A stretch of DNA of 64,000 nt from a virus. Lineage: Duplodnaviria; Heunggongvirae; Uroviricota; Caudoviricetes. The position numbers and the translations under genes are program-made. This document shows, piece by piece, positions 7,885-18,211 of the stretch. The stretch lies in IMG/VR virus record IMGVR_UViG_2617270980_000003, one strand, 5' to 3'. A model generated the notes under the pieces. It was not told the DNA's origin and did not search any database. It saw nothing but the letters and a program-made list of their open reading frames with translations. Position 1 is the stretch's first letter; each line of letters begins with the position of its first letter.

Positions 7885-9621
7885 CCTGGTTATAATACTC
7901 ACGCAGCGGAACAGGCGCTGGCGCAGCGTCGGCAGCTTCAGCCCCCACACGCTGTATCCGGCAACGCCGTCAGGAACACGGCTAACTTTCACCTTCACGC
8001 CGTCGGTGACGGACTGAACCTCCACGCTGACCGGATTGCCACTTCCGTCAACCAGGCTTATCAGCCTGGTGCCGGAGGATGGCAGCGTGATTTCACGGTC
8101 GAGCGTCAGCGTCCGGGTCTGGCTGTTTACCGCCAGCACGCGCCCGCCGATGCTGATACCGGCATAGTCATCATCACAGATTTCAATGACATCACCCGGC
8201 ACATGGCGAAGCCCTTCTGCGCCCACGCTGAAGTCCACGGTCTGCGTTTCCAGCAGTTCTGTTTTAATCAGCCACAGCCCGGCGCGGTGTGCCTGCCCCC
8301 GGCTGGTACAGCCAAAAGCATCCATCTTCGTGACGTTACGACCGTAACGGGCAATGGCCTGCGTATCCTCCACAAGCTCTGTTGCCGTCTCCCAGCCGTT
8401 GTTCGGGTCAATCCAGTTCACCTCAACGGCATTATGGCGGTCTTTCAGGGCGCTAAAGCTGTAGCGGAACGGCGCGCCATCATCCGGCATCACCACATTA
8501 CTGCGGTTATAGGTCCACACCTTATCCGACGGTCGGTCCTGCACGAACGTCAGCGTCTGCCCGTTCCATACCGGCATACAGCGCATCGCCGAGCAGAAAT
8601 CACTGAGCACATCCCACGCCTTGCGCTGTGTGGTCAGGTACGCATTACAGGTGATGCGCGGCTCCGTACCGCCAAAACCGTCCGGCACTGACTGGTCGCA
8701 GTACTGGCCGATGACATACAGCGCCCATTTATCCACATCCGCCACACCAAGACGTTTCCCCATGCCGTAGCGTGGATGGGTCAGCATATCCCACAGACAC
8801 CAGGCCATGTTATTGCTGTATGCTGGCTTAAACGTTCCGTCCCAGATACCGCTGTATTGCCGCGTCTGCGGGTTATAGTTCGACGGCACCTGCAGAATAC
8901 GCCCGCGCAGATGATAATTACGGCTCACCTGCTGGCTGCCGAACTGCTCCGAATCCACCTGCACGCCGACCAGTGCCGTGTTCGGGTAGCACTGTTTCAC
9001 ATCGATGATTTCGGTGTATGACGACCAGAGCGTTTTGTTCTGCAGCTGGTCTGTGGTGCTGTCCGGTGTCATCCTGCGCATCCGGATATTGAACGGGCGC
9101 GGCGGCAGGTTATCCACCACCACCGAGGCCAGATACTGCGACGTGGTTTTGCCCTTAATGGTGATGTCTTTTTCTGTCACCCAGCCACCGTTACGTTGTA
9201 TCTGAACCAGCAGGCGGACTTCCGACGGATTCCGGTCACCCTTTGAGGTGGTTTCCACCAGTGCCTGCACACCGAAGGTAAAGCGCAGACGGTCGATGTT
9301 TGCAGACGTGATGGTCCGGGTGATCGGCGTGTCGTATTTCACTTCCGTACCCAGCACCGTCTCGGAACCGGAGGATTCAAATCCCTCCGGCGGTGTCTGC
9401 TCCTGCTCACCTGCCCGGAACACCACCGTGACACCGGAGATGTTGGTATTCCCCTCACTGTCCAGCACCGGTGTACTGTTCAGCAGCACGCTTTTTAATC
9501 CATCCACCGGACCTTCAACCGGCCCTTCGCTGATGGCATCGATCACACTCAGTAACTGCGTGGATTTCAGGTTATCCTTCGCTTCGCGCGGGGTATGCCC
9601 CTTACTGCTGCCTTTACCCAT
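7882..9621 (-). pseudogene. J: Lambda J-like central tail fibre / host-specificity gene, 3'-truncated by the Mu-like insertion
   Basis: 579-aa ORF starting MGKGSSKGHTPREAKDNLKSTQLLSVIDAISEGP..., near-identical to lambda J N-terminus as recalled (J ~1130 aa); frame ends ...LRQRLFRCVSIITR* at the junction. Confidence 0.85.
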
Positions 9622-9680
9622 TCGTCATGCTCCATAAACGACAAAACCGCCCGGAGGCGGTTTCACATAAACGTTTTTCA

Positions 9681-10328
9681 TCAGCGACCAATCACCACAA
9701 CCTGACCACCATCCCCTTCGTCTGCCGTGCTGATCTCCTGAGAGACCACCCGCGACCCCACGCGCATTTCACCGTACAGAACGGGCAGAACATTGCCCTG
9801 GGCAACCATGTTATCCAGTGAGGAGAAATAGGTGTTCTGTTTGCCGTTATCTGTACTTGCTGCCGTGGGCGTCCTGGCTTTCGGTGCCAGCATCTGCGCC
9901 ACTCCGCCCAGGATCATACTGGCCCCTGCCGCATACATGCCCGATACAGCCGCGGCACCCAGCCAGCCCACAGGGTTCCACCATGCCACCGCAATCAGCG
10001 CCGCCCCCAGCACCACCTGAAACACACCGCCACTTTTAGCTCCCGCCAGACGCGGCACGATGTGGATCACGGCACCATTTGCCAGCGGCTCATTAAGACG
10101 GGCAGACAATTCGGTTTCACCTGCATCACGCCCGGCAATGCGTACCTGGTACCAGCCGTCGCTCAGTTTCTGACGAAACGCCGGGATCTGCATGGCCAGC
10201 GCCCGGATGGCTTCGGACCCCGTTTTCACTCGAAGGTCGATGCGGCGGCCAAATCGTTGTAAATCCCCGTAAAGGCAGATGCGTGCCATGCCCGGTGACG
10301 CCAGAGGGAGTGTGTGCGTCGCTGCCAT
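9681..10328 (-). CDS. I: Lambda I-like tail assembly protein
   Basis: 215 aa, lambda-order position between K and J; hydrophobic Gly/Ala-rich middle region. Confidence 0.8.
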   Translation of the reverse strand: MAATHTLPLASPGMARICLYGDLQRFGRRIDLRVKTGSEAIRALAMQIPAFRQKLSDGWYQVRIAGRDAGETELSARLNEPLANGAVIHIVPRLAGAKSGGVFQVVLGAALIAVAWWNPVGWLGAAAVSGMYAAGASMILGGVAQMLAPKARTPTAASTDNGKQNTYFSSLDNMVAQGNVLPVLYGEMRVGSRVVSQEISTADEGDGGQVVVIGR

Positions 10329-10978
10329 TTGTCGGTGTACCTCTCTCGTTTGCTCAGTTGTTCAGGAATATGGTGCAGCAGCTCGCCGTCACCACAGTAA
10401 ATGGCGGCATGATTCGGCACCGATGAACCAAAACAGCACAGCAGCACATCGCCCGGCTGCGCCGCTGACAACGGCACCTGATACAGCCCTGTGGCCTCCA
10501 GATTATCCAGATAGAGATTCTGACCGTTACGCCACCAGTCATCCTCGCGATGAAAATCCGGCATCTCAATCCCCGCCAGATGGTAAGCATCCCGGAACAG
10601 CGTGTAACAGTCCGTCACCCCGTGCTCAAAGCGCCGCCCGGAAAGATGTGGCACACAGCGGAACTTGTGAATCGCCCCCCGGCAAACCAGCCACCACGGC
10701 AAATCACTCTGCACCTGCAGCCGCCGGTCGGTCTCACTCAGCCAGGGCAGACCACCGGGGTGGCTGTGGACCAGCGCCACAATCTCACCCTGCATCTCTG
10801 CCCGCAGCCAGTCCTCCGGCGACATCCGGAAATACTCCTCCGGCTCACCGGAGATATTCACGCAGGGAAAATATCTTTCCCCCTCCGGTGTTCTCACCAC
10901 GAAGCCGCACGACTCCGCTGGCGCACATCGCCGGGCGTGCGCCAGAATCGCTGATTCTGTCTCTGTCATGGGATTCAC
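10226..10978 (-). CDS. K: Lambda K-like tail assembly protein (MPN/JAB + NlpC/P60-like)
   Basis: Contains ...IVALVHSHPGG... JAB-type motif; position between L and I. Track start probably too far upstream. Confidence 0.8.
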   Translation of the reverse strand: MNPMTETESAILAHARRCAPAESCGFVVRTPEGERYFPCVNISGEPEEYFRMSPEDWLRAEMQGEIVALVHSHPGGLPWLSETDRRLQVQSDLPWWLVCRGAIHKFRCVPHLSGRRFEHGVTDCYTLFRDAYHLAGIEMPDFHREDDWWRNGQNLYLDNLEATGLYQVPLSAAQPGDVLLCCFGSSVPNHAAIYCGDGELLHHIPEQLSKRERYTDKWQRRTHSLWRHRAWHASAFTGIYNDLAAASTFE

Positions 10979-11673
10979 TGCGAAAGTTTGTTAATGGAAA
11001 GGAAGCCGCCAAAGTTGCCGACGTTATTGCGAAACTTACAGCCGCTCAGGCATTTGCTGCATTTATCCTTCGTGATATCGGAGGTCGGCTGGTCATATTC
11101 ATCCGCGACCGCCGGACCGTGATAACCGCACTCATCACCGCGATAGGTCCAGGTGCAGGTATTAGCCAGCATGATGCGCCCCGGAAAAACAGCGCCGTCC
11201 GTTTCCGTCGGCGTGGACAGTACAAAAGAGGCACTCACCGCGCTCAGTTCGCTGCACTGCTCGATGCGCCAGCGGCTGATCACCTCCTGCTCCGGATCGG
11301 CGTCACTGTTTCCGTTGACGAAGTTCACCGCATCCAGAAAACGGGCGTAAACCTTACGCCGGACCACCGTTCCTCCGACCAGACTCTGCAGGTCTTCCGC
11401 CATCCCGGTGACCATGCCGTGCAGGTTAGAAACCGTCAGTGTCGGACGGGCAGCACTGCCTTTGCCGTTCAGTTCAAATCCCGTCCCCTGAATGGGATAC
11501 GCCTGATACTGTCGCCTCTGCCAGGTGACCGGCTCACCTTTATCGTTCTGCTCATTACAGAAAAAATAACGTTCTCCACCGACCACTGTCAGATCGATTT
11601 CCCAGAGCACCACCTGGGCTGACTGAGTGAGGAGTGTCGTCTCATGATGTGTTTCCTGTGGAATATCCTGCAT
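10975..11673 (-). CDS. L: Lambda L-like minor tail protein
   Basis: 232 aa; Cys-rich C-terminus; position between M and K. Confidence 0.8.
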   Translation of the reverse strand: MQDIPQETHHETTLLTQSAQVVLWEIDLTVVGGERYFFCNEQNDKGEPVTWQRRQYQAYPIQGTGFELNGKGSAARPTLTVSNLHGMVTGMAEDLQSLVGGTVVRRKVYARFLDAVNFVNGNSDADPEQEVISRWRIEQCSELSAVSASFVLSTPTETDGAVFPGRIMLANTCTWTYRGDECGYHGPAVADEYDQPTSDITKDKCSKCLSGCKFRNNVGNFGGFLSINKLSQ

Positions 11674-11682
11674 CAGAGACTC

Positions 11683-12012
11683 CTATGCCACGACCTGTTC
11701 AAAATCTGCCGTTATGGTTACCCACAACGCCCCCACGCTTGCCGACCATTTACGACAAACCACCCTGATCGGCTTCCAGTCATAAGGTGGCGTCCACTGA
11801 AATGCGCGGACGCCACCGTGCCGTTCCAGAAAGGCTTTTAAAGATGGGTGTTCACATTTACGAACACGTATCGTCACGCTGTAAATCGACAACTGGTTAT
11901 TCAGTCCCGCCGCACGACGCTGTTCATAACCATCGCCCAGCTTCACTGTCACCACTTTCGGCTCTGATACCACATTCATATCCGGGCGCACTTTCCAGTG
12001 AAACGTCTCCAT
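11683..12012 (-). CDS. M: Lambda M-like minor tail protein
   Basis: 109 aa, follows tape measure gene. Confidence 0.75.
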   Translation of the reverse strand: METFHWKVRPDMNVVSEPKVVTVKLGDGYEQRRAAGLNNQLSIYSVTIRVRKCEHPSLKAFLERHGGVRAFQWTPPYDWKPIRVVCRKWSASVGALWVTITADFEQVVA

Positions 12013-15000
12013 TACCGATATGCTCCACTTAACCGACCACCATCACGGGCCTGCTGTTGCATAAAGTCCGCTGCCGCTTTTTTCCCAAGGTCATAAACCA
12101 CCTTCAGGGCAGCCGGACCTATCTGCCCGTTCGTGCCATCGTTATTGATCTCGATGTTGTACTGCGGGGCAAACATCGCCATACCTGAACCACCAATATC
12201 CGCCACAACCCCCAGCTTACCGTCAGCACCACGACGCAGTGGCAGAATGGCTTCAGGTCCAGCTTCCCCCATCACACCCGCGCCTTTTGCAAAAGCAAAA
12301 AACGTCGGACGGTTAACCACCGTGCCACTGTAACGACTCAAATCAGCAGACTGATAAATCCCCCCATTGGCATTCAGGGAAAGGCTGCTGAGATCAAATC
12401 CCAGTACACTGCCAATCCCTTTTATCGATTTCATCATGGTTGCCTGCGCCAGGATTTTCGCCATATCTGACAGCACCGAAGAGGTGAAGGATTTGAAGTT
12501 GAGTTTGCCGGTAGTGACAAAAGTTGCCAGGCCATTTCCCATGTTGCTGAAGGCTGATGAGAACCCCTGTTCTGCTGTTCCTGCCGTATTGTCTGCATCC
12601 ACGGTAAAATCCTGAAATGCACGCAGGACTCCGTTTTTCCAGTTACCCTGCACAACTTCAAGCTGTTGCCAGTAACGGCGATTCTCATTCAGTTGTCGGT
12701 TCAGGCTCTCCGTCAGCGCCTGCTCGGCCTTTCTGTAGTCATCCGTGTTATATGTCCCTTTCTGCTCACTATCCCGCCTCAACTGCTCCAGCTGTTGCTG
12801 GTATTTCTGGCGAAGACTCAGTTGTACCTGATATCGCTGCCGCTGCTGATCACCCATACCCACCGTGGCGATATCCAGGTCATGTTGCTGACGCTGAGCG
12901 CGCTCTTCTTCAGCCAGTTGACTGGTCAGCTGAATTGTTTTTTTCTTCAGATCGTTGAGTGCCGTTTGTTTCTGAAGCTCCTGCTGTTTTACATCCAGCA
13001 GCGTCAGTGCCTGAATCAGTTCATCTTTACGGGCCAGCACACTCTTTTCATCTGCCGTCAGTTTTTTCCCGTCCAGATCGCTGATGCGCTGCTGCAGAGC
13101 CAGAAGCTGTTTATGCGCTTCTGTCATCTTTTCAGTGGCAATGCCTGCTGACTGTCTTGCAGCAGCAATCTGTCCTTCCACCTGTGCCTGTTGCTGACTG
13201 TACTGCAGCAATAACCGGGTGGCCTCATCATTACGGGTTTCGCGTGTTTTTTTCTTACCGGATGCCAGGGCTTTCTCGTAACGTTCATTTTCACGTTGTA
13301 TCGCCGCATCCCTGACAGCCTGGTCGGCGTACTGCATGGCATTAATACGCGCAATTTCACGCTGATGTCGTGCTGCTTCCGTTTCATTCATCCGGTTCAG
13401 TGCAGCATTTTCAGCATTACGTCGTTTCTGTTGCTCCTGATAATTCCGCTCTGCCTGCTCTTTTGCATCCTGCAAATCCTTCTGGCGTTTTTTCTCCTGA
13501 AGATCGTTAAGACGCTGCTGATCGTATTCAACCTGAGAAGATGATGCCGTCCAGGGGAGTCTTTTCGCCCGCGACACTTTCTCCTGTAAAGCGGTAATCT
13601 GTTCATCCAGCGAGTCTTCACGACCAATATTCATGGCCGCATCCCAGAAACGACTCCACAAATCAGACAGATACTTCAGCGTACTGCCAAGCGCATTGAG
13701 GTTATTATCAATATCCGCAGTACGCCGACCGGTTTCCTCTGCCAGTGCAGACATGGCTATCCGTGCAGCATCACTGGACCGTCCCTGATCCCCAAGGACA
13801 CGTATCTGCTCAAGCTGAGTGGCAGTAAGAAAATGCAGCTCATTGTCCAGAGCCTTCGCGGCATTTACAGGATCATCCTTCAGCCGCTTAAACTGATTTA
13901 TGGTATCGCTGACCGACTGGCCAACCGATCGCTCCATCTGTGCGGCAGCTCTCGCCACCATACCGATATCGTTTCCACGAAATGCACCACTCCCCACCAC
14001 CTGCGCCAACGCACCGGCTGCAGCATGTTGCGTGATACCATTCCCGGAAATAGCACGACTGAGCGTCCACAGCTGCCCGGCAGTGACTCCGGCATAATGC
14101 CCCGTCAGCGACAACTGGCGGTTAAATTCTTCCCCCTCCTTCTGACCGTCATACCAGGCTTTACCCAGACCATAGACGGCCGCGGCAATACCGCCAATAA
14201 CCCCGCCAAGCATCATGCCTTTCGGTGACATCAGTGTGTCTATCCATCCGGCACGGTTAGCCAGCGTTATCCCGGATCCCCTCAGCGCCCCTAAATTGCC
14301 GCGGGCCAGTTCACCTATCAGAACGCCTATCTCCTGGCGGGCTGCTGCACTTTTCAGACCCAGCGAATGCGTGGCTTTTCCTGCCTGCTCCATTTTGCGG
14401 ATATACACTTCTGCAGCACTGCTTACCCCCAGCTGGGCTGCCTTGGCACGAAGCAACTCAGAAGATGAAAGATTCTGGCGGGTTGCCTGCTCTTTAAGCT
14501 GACGGATAAACGCCACTTTCTGTCGGGTAGCCTCTTCCTCAGCCTGTGTAAGAACACGGGTTTTCGCAGTAACCTCAGAAATCAGCGCCAGATAATCCTG
14601 CTGACCAATCCCGCCACTGTTTCTGGCCTGTCGGATCTGCTGCTGAATACGCTGTAATTCCTGCAGCCCCGCACTGGCCTGTTTCACACTGTCAATCTGA
14701 CGATAAAACGCAGCAGCCGCTTTATCCTGAGCCTCCGCCAGAGCCATGGCCTGCGCCTGTTCCTCGCGCATTTTCTGGCTCAGCGCCTCCATGCGCTGGC
14801 GGGTTTTCTCCACCTCGCGGGCCATGCGTTCATGAGCCTGTGCGTTCTTCTCCACCGTCTGCGCATGGACGGATGCGGCTGTTGCAGCCGAAGAAGCCGC
14901 CTGCGTTGTCTGCCGGGCGGCCTGAGTCTGACGCTCCATAAAACGCTGCATACGGGCAGAAGACCGTTCTGCATCGCTGGCTGCACCATTCAGAAGGTTT

Positions 15001-15107
15001 TTGATACGGGGAATTTCATTTTTAAACTCTGCCGCATCAATCCCCAAATCAATGACCAGGTTGGCTATCTGGTCCATAACGCACACCTCCGGAAATACCT
15101 TCCCCAA
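12012..15107 (-). CDS. H: Tail tape measure protein (lambda H-like)
   Basis: 1031 aa, coiled-coil/Gln-Ala-rich repeats; downstream of G/T. Confidence 0.85.
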   Translation of the reverse strand: MGKVFPEVCVMDQIANLVIDLGIDAAEFKNEIPRIKNLLNGAASDAERSSARMQRFMERQTQAARQTTQAASSAATAASVHAQTVEKNAQAHERMAREVEKTRQRMEALSQKMREEQAQAMALAEAQDKAAAAFYRQIDSVKQASAGLQELQRIQQQIRQARNSGGIGQQDYLALISEVTAKTRVLTQAEEEATRQKVAFIRQLKEQATRQNLSSSELLRAKAAQLGVSSAAEVYIRKMEQAGKATHSLGLKSAAARQEIGVLIGELARGNLGALRGSGITLANRAGWIDTLMSPKGMMLGGVIGGIAAAVYGLGKAWYDGQKEGEEFNRQLSLTGHYAGVTAGQLWTLSRAISGNGITQHAAAGALAQVVGSGAFRGNDIGMVARAAAQMERSVGQSVSDTINQFKRLKDDPVNAAKALDNELHFLTATQLEQIRVLGDQGRSSDAARIAMSALAEETGRRTADIDNNLNALGSTLKYLSDLWSRFWDAAMNIGREDSLDEQITALQEKVSRAKRLPWTASSSQVEYDQQRLNDLQEKKRQKDLQDAKEQAERNYQEQQKRRNAENAALNRMNETEAARHQREIARINAMQYADQAVRDAAIQRENERYEKALASGKKKTRETRNDEATRLLLQYSQQQAQVEGQIAAARQSAGIATEKMTEAHKQLLALQQRISDLDGKKLTADEKSVLARKDELIQALTLLDVKQQELQKQTALNDLKKKTIQLTSQLAEEERAQRQQHDLDIATVGMGDQQRQRYQVQLSLRQKYQQQLEQLRRDSEQKGTYNTDDYRKAEQALTESLNRQLNENRRYWQQLEVVQGNWKNGVLRAFQDFTVDADNTAGTAEQGFSSAFSNMGNGLATFVTTGKLNFKSFTSSVLSDMAKILAQATMMKSIKGIGSVLGFDLSSLSLNANGGIYQSADLSRYSGTVVNRPTFFAFAKGAGVMGEAGPEAILPLRRGADGKLGVVADIGGSGMAMFAPQYNIEINNDGTNGQIGPAALKVVYDLGKKAAADFMQQQARDGGRLSGAYR

Positions 15108-15378
15108 GATGCATCAGTTCTTCGTCCGTTCGCTCCGGTATCCCGTTCTCTTCCGGTAAAAGGCTGAAATCAGCCACCGCAGCATCACTGCTGCCGGACA
15201 CCATTCTCACGATCAATGCCTTCAGCGAGGCAAACTGCGCATCCATCCACACATCACTGAAGCTCTGCATCCGGAAATAATCGCCCCACTCACCAAGCTC
15301 AGTGGCCGACATTTCCGACAGCATCCGCCGCCAGTCTGCCCGCCTGAACTCCCGGGCAAGCCGCATGACAAACTGCAT
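15049..15378 (-). CDS. T: T-frame segment of tail assembly chaperone G-T (expressed by -1 frameshift from G)
   Basis: ORF in -1 frame relative to G, beginning just after G stop; conserved lambda G/GT arrangement. Confidence 0.65.
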   Translation of the reverse strand: MQFVMRLAREFRRADWRRMLSEMSATELGEWGDYFRMQSFSDVWMDAQFASLKALIVRMVSGSSDAAVADFSLLPEENGIPERTDEELMHLGEGISGGVRYGPDSQPGH

Positions 15379-15386
15379 TTCCCGCG

Positions 15387-15815
15387 TCAGGACTTTTCCG
15401 GCGTCAGCACCTCATGCTCCAAATCCCCGGCATTCTCAATGGCTCCCATACCGCTCAGCGACAGAACCATCTCCGCCCCCGCTCCCAGGGCATCATACGA
15501 CCATGTTGTAATAACGGATGCGCAAAGCGTCTCAACATCCTGAGACTGTTCCGCATTCCACAGTGAGCGGGAAACCAGCCAGGCATTGATATCCATCCCC
15601 ATCCGTAGAAAAGCAATCTGTCGTTCAGCCTCCGGCAGTTCTCCCTCTTCGGCATCAAACTTTGCCGCTCGCTGCTGAACAAACGCCAGATATTCAATTC
15701 TCTGCAGCCCGGACAGCTCACTGAGCACCACGGACTGCTTTTCATAATTAAACGTGCCCTGTTTCAGAAACATCATGTTCTCCACCTGCAAAAAAGCCCC
15801 GGATAACCGGGGCAA
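15387..15815 (-). CDS. G: Tail assembly chaperone G
   Basis: 142 aa (lambda G 140 aa), between V and T/H. Confidence 0.8.
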   Translation of the reverse strand: MPRLSGAFLQVENMMFLKQGTFNYEKQSVVLSELSGLQRIEYLAFVQQRAAKFDAEEGELPEAERQIAFLRMGMDINAWLVSRSLWNAEQSQDVETLCASVITTWSYDALGAGAEMVLSLSGMGAIENAGDLEHEVLTPEKS

Positions 15816-15833
15816 ATGATGAGTATCGTCCTG

Positions 15834-16523
15834 TTAACCTGCGGCGCTGACAGCCACCGTAGCCACTGCCACAAAATCGCCGTCAGAAGTCATGCCCACA
15901 ATGCTGACACTGCCCTGCTTCACGCCTTTCACCGTGGCCACAAGCCCGTTCAGGGTCACCGTGGCAGTCTGTGGATCTGTCGAATGCACACTGATCGCTT
16001 TGTCACTGGCTCCGTCAGGTTTTACTGTAAAGGTCAGCGTGGTGGTTGCTCCCACTTTTACACTGGCAGATGCCGGTGCCACCGTCAGCCCGGTAACGCC
16101 CACGATTTCAGTGCCTTCCTCTGCCAGATACGGACGCCCCACACCGCTGATTTTCACTGTGCGGGTCATCACGTCTTTTGAGGCAATGGTTTTACCCAGT
16201 GAACTCAGCCAGCCACGGAAAACATCAACAGTACCGTTGGGATATTTGATACGAAAAGCGCAGACTTCACCGGAGTCGAACAACTGAACCAGTTTTTTCT
16301 GCCCGCTGTCCCCCGGACGCCAGGCCAGCGTCGCCGAAGTATCACCGACTGATTTCTGCCCCTGGGTTGTCGTTTTCCAGTCTGCATTTTCATCATCGAG
16401 ATAAGTGTCATCTTCTGCATCAGCGGTCATTTCGCCAGGTTGCAGATCCTTCACCATCGCAAGACGCAGCCAGTCAGTGTCCGATAAAGGGTTCGCAAAC
16501 GCATCGCCCTTGCCGGTATACAT
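15834..16523 (-). CDS. V: Major tail protein V-like
   Basis: 229 aa; ...ANPLSD.DW.RLA.VKDL.PGE... and ...YKIRFPNGTVDVFRGW.SS.GK... match lambda V as recalled. Confidence 0.85.
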   Translation of the reverse strand: MYTGKGDAFANPLSDTDWLRLAMVKDLQPGEMTADAEDDTYLDDENADWKTTTQGQKSVGDTSATLAWRPGDSGQKKLVQLFDSGEVCAFRIKYPNGTVDVFRGWLSSLGKTIASKDVMTRTVKISGVGRPYLAEEGTEIVGVTGLTVAPASASVKVGATTTLTFTVKPDGASDKAISVHSTDPQTATVTLNGLVATVKGVKQGSVSIVGMTSDGDFVAVATVAVSAAG

Positions 16524-16586
16524 CCAGAACGTCGTTCCCGCACCTTTCGTTTTTGCCAGTGGATTTGGTGTGTCATTACCACCTCC

Positions 16587-17000
16587 TTAATTCGTGTACG
16601 TGATCTGGTACGTGATTTCCGCCATCGCCCAGGTGGCCATCTCATTATCACGTTGATAGTTAAAACCGAGTGGGATCAGGGTGTCGATGAGTCCGGAAAG
16701 TGCTGGTACATCATTCAGGGCCGGGAAAATGGTGCTCTCCATCCACATATCCAGCTCTGAATCCGGTGCCTGTGCCCGGATGAAGACAGCAATATGCAGA
16801 ACAGCCTGCCAGTCATCTTCATCCGTCATTTTTCCGGTGTACTGAGCATCACTCAGCCACACCGCCACGGCAGGCAGTTCCTGCGCATCAACAAATGCCG
16901 GAAGCCCGTCAAAAAACGTGGCGCTGTCTCCACACTGTTCCCGAAGGCGTGCCAGTACGACCTGGCGGATTTGTGTATGTCGGTTCATCGGGTCAGCCAT
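16587..17000 (-). CDS. U: Tail terminator U-like
   Basis: 137 aa; ...ATFFDG.PA.FD...PAVAV.L....YTG... resembles lambda U as recalled. Confidence 0.8.
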   Translation of the reverse strand: MADPMNRHTQIRQVVLARLREQCGDSATFFDGLPAFVDAQELPAVAVWLSDAQYTGKMTDEDDWQAVLHIAVFIRAQAPDSELDMWMESTIFPALNDVPALSGLIDTLIPLGFNYQRDNEMATWAMAEITYQITYTN

Positions 17001-17563
17001 AACCTCAGTTGTTGTTTCAGTGCATACCCCAGCTGTTTCGGCATTTCCGCAGCAATGATGCGGTCGCGGGCATCTTCAAATGTCTGTGTCAGCGGTCCGG
17101 ACAGCGGGATTTTCACCACATCAATGGGGTAACGATTTTTGCCATCAATACGCCGCATCACATGCCAGCGACCATTCGCCAGTTGCTGAATAAACGCATC
17201 CCGGAAAAGATATTTACCCACCTTCAGCACACTGCCACGGTACTGCAGTTTTCCACCACGCCGGGCCAGTCTGACCCGGGCTGTCCCCAGCTTAATGGCA
17301 GGCAGATTGCCCCGGTTAACGCGGATCCTGGCCGTCATTTTTCCTGACGGACTGGCTTTAAACACCCGGACACGCTGACGTACCAGTTTCAGGGGGATCC
17401 CTTTCACCTGGTTATCTCCCGCAACGGTATTCCCGGCAACCTGCCGGGTGGCAACCGAGACCGCTTTCTGTGCCACACGGTTTATCGCCCATGCGCTGGC
17501 CTGTGGCACCATACGGGTATCAAGGCTGTTCAGATTGCGGATGGCATTCTCAAGCCCCTTCAT
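16985..17563 (-). CDS. Z: Tail completion protein Z-like
   Basis: 192 aa; ...NGRWHVM.R..GKNRYPIDVVKIP...LGYAL.QQLR... matches lambda Z as recalled. Confidence 0.8.
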   Translation of the reverse strand: MKGLENAIRNLNSLDTRMVPQASAWAINRVAQKAVSVATRQVAGNTVAGDNQVKGIPLKLVRQRVRVFKASPSGKMTARIRVNRGNLPAIKLGTARVRLARRGGKLQYRGSVLKVGKYLFRDAFIQQLANGRWHVMRRIDGKNRYPIDVVKIPLSGPLTQTFEDARDRIIAAEMPKQLGYALKQQLRLWLTR

Positions 17564-17574
17564 CCCACACCTCT

Positions 17575-17850
17575 TTACTCAATAAAGATCATTGGCTTAC
17601 CGTTAAAGCGTTCATGCCGTGTGACCGTCCATTGTTGTCCGTCATAAACAACGCGATCACCGCGCCGTGGGCGGTATCCCGAAGAAAACACCACCAGAGA
17701 GACCGCAGGTCCGGACAGAGCATTCAGCTCTGCCAGTGTTTCTCCCGGGATCACAGTCATATCGACATCATTAATCGAGGCTGTCTTTCCCATCTTTCTG
17801 ACCGTGATAGCATCCATACGCGCTGCCAGCCGGGAAAAGGGATCAGACAT
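17575..17850 (-). CDS. Head-tail joining protein (FII position), hypothetical
   Basis: 91-aa ORF between capsid-associated gene and Z; assignment by position only. Confidence 0.45.
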   Translation of the reverse strand: MSDPFSRLAARMDAITVRKMGKTASINDVDMTVIPGETLAELNALSGPAVSLVVFSSGYRPRRGDRVVYDGQQWTVTRHERFNGKPMIFIE

Positions 17851-18211
17851 TGAGTTTTACCGGCACTTCTTCTGCACTGGTTCCGGCATCTGCCCAGACA
17901 ACCCCGACCAGCGGATCAGAGCCGCTGTTAGTCAGCTGAATTTTTCCGGACTTCAGATAAACCTTCTTACCCGTTTTCATGTCATCCGTTTTCAGCTTAG
18001 GCAGCATAAACACACCTTCGGTCATGCCGTCGCCTGTTTCACCCTGTGGAATATCGGTCAGCGCCACCGCAAAAACATCGCCCACCTGCACCAGATCTCC
18101 GCTGCTGATGGCTGCACTGGCAACAATCGCCACCGTTTTTCCTTCTTCTACAAAATTCTTTGCCATAACTGTCTCCGCACAGCCCCGTTCAGGGGCTGAT
18201 TTCAGGTACAA
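17843..18211 (-). CDS. Hypothetical head protein (likely starts at ATG 18166, 107 aa)
   Basis: ATG at 18166 preceded by GGAGA; downstream of capsid gene; track start appears over-extended. Confidence 0.5.
   Translation of the reverse strand: MYLKSAPERGCAETVMAKNFVEEGKTVAIVASAAISSGDLVQVGDVFAVALTDIPQGETGDGMTEGVFMLPKLKTDDMKTGKKVYLKSGKIQLTNSGSDPLVGVVWADAGTSAEEVPVKLNV

Noticed and set aside
7864-8691. 275-aa plus-strand ORF
   Set aside because: Antisense to the well-supported J gene; shadow ORF.
10279-11622. 447-aa plus-strand ORF
   Set aside because: Lies antisense to the lambdoid K and L genes, has a low-complexity Pro/Ala/Arg-rich translation typical of shadow ORFs in GC-rich coding DNA, and has no syntenic rationale.
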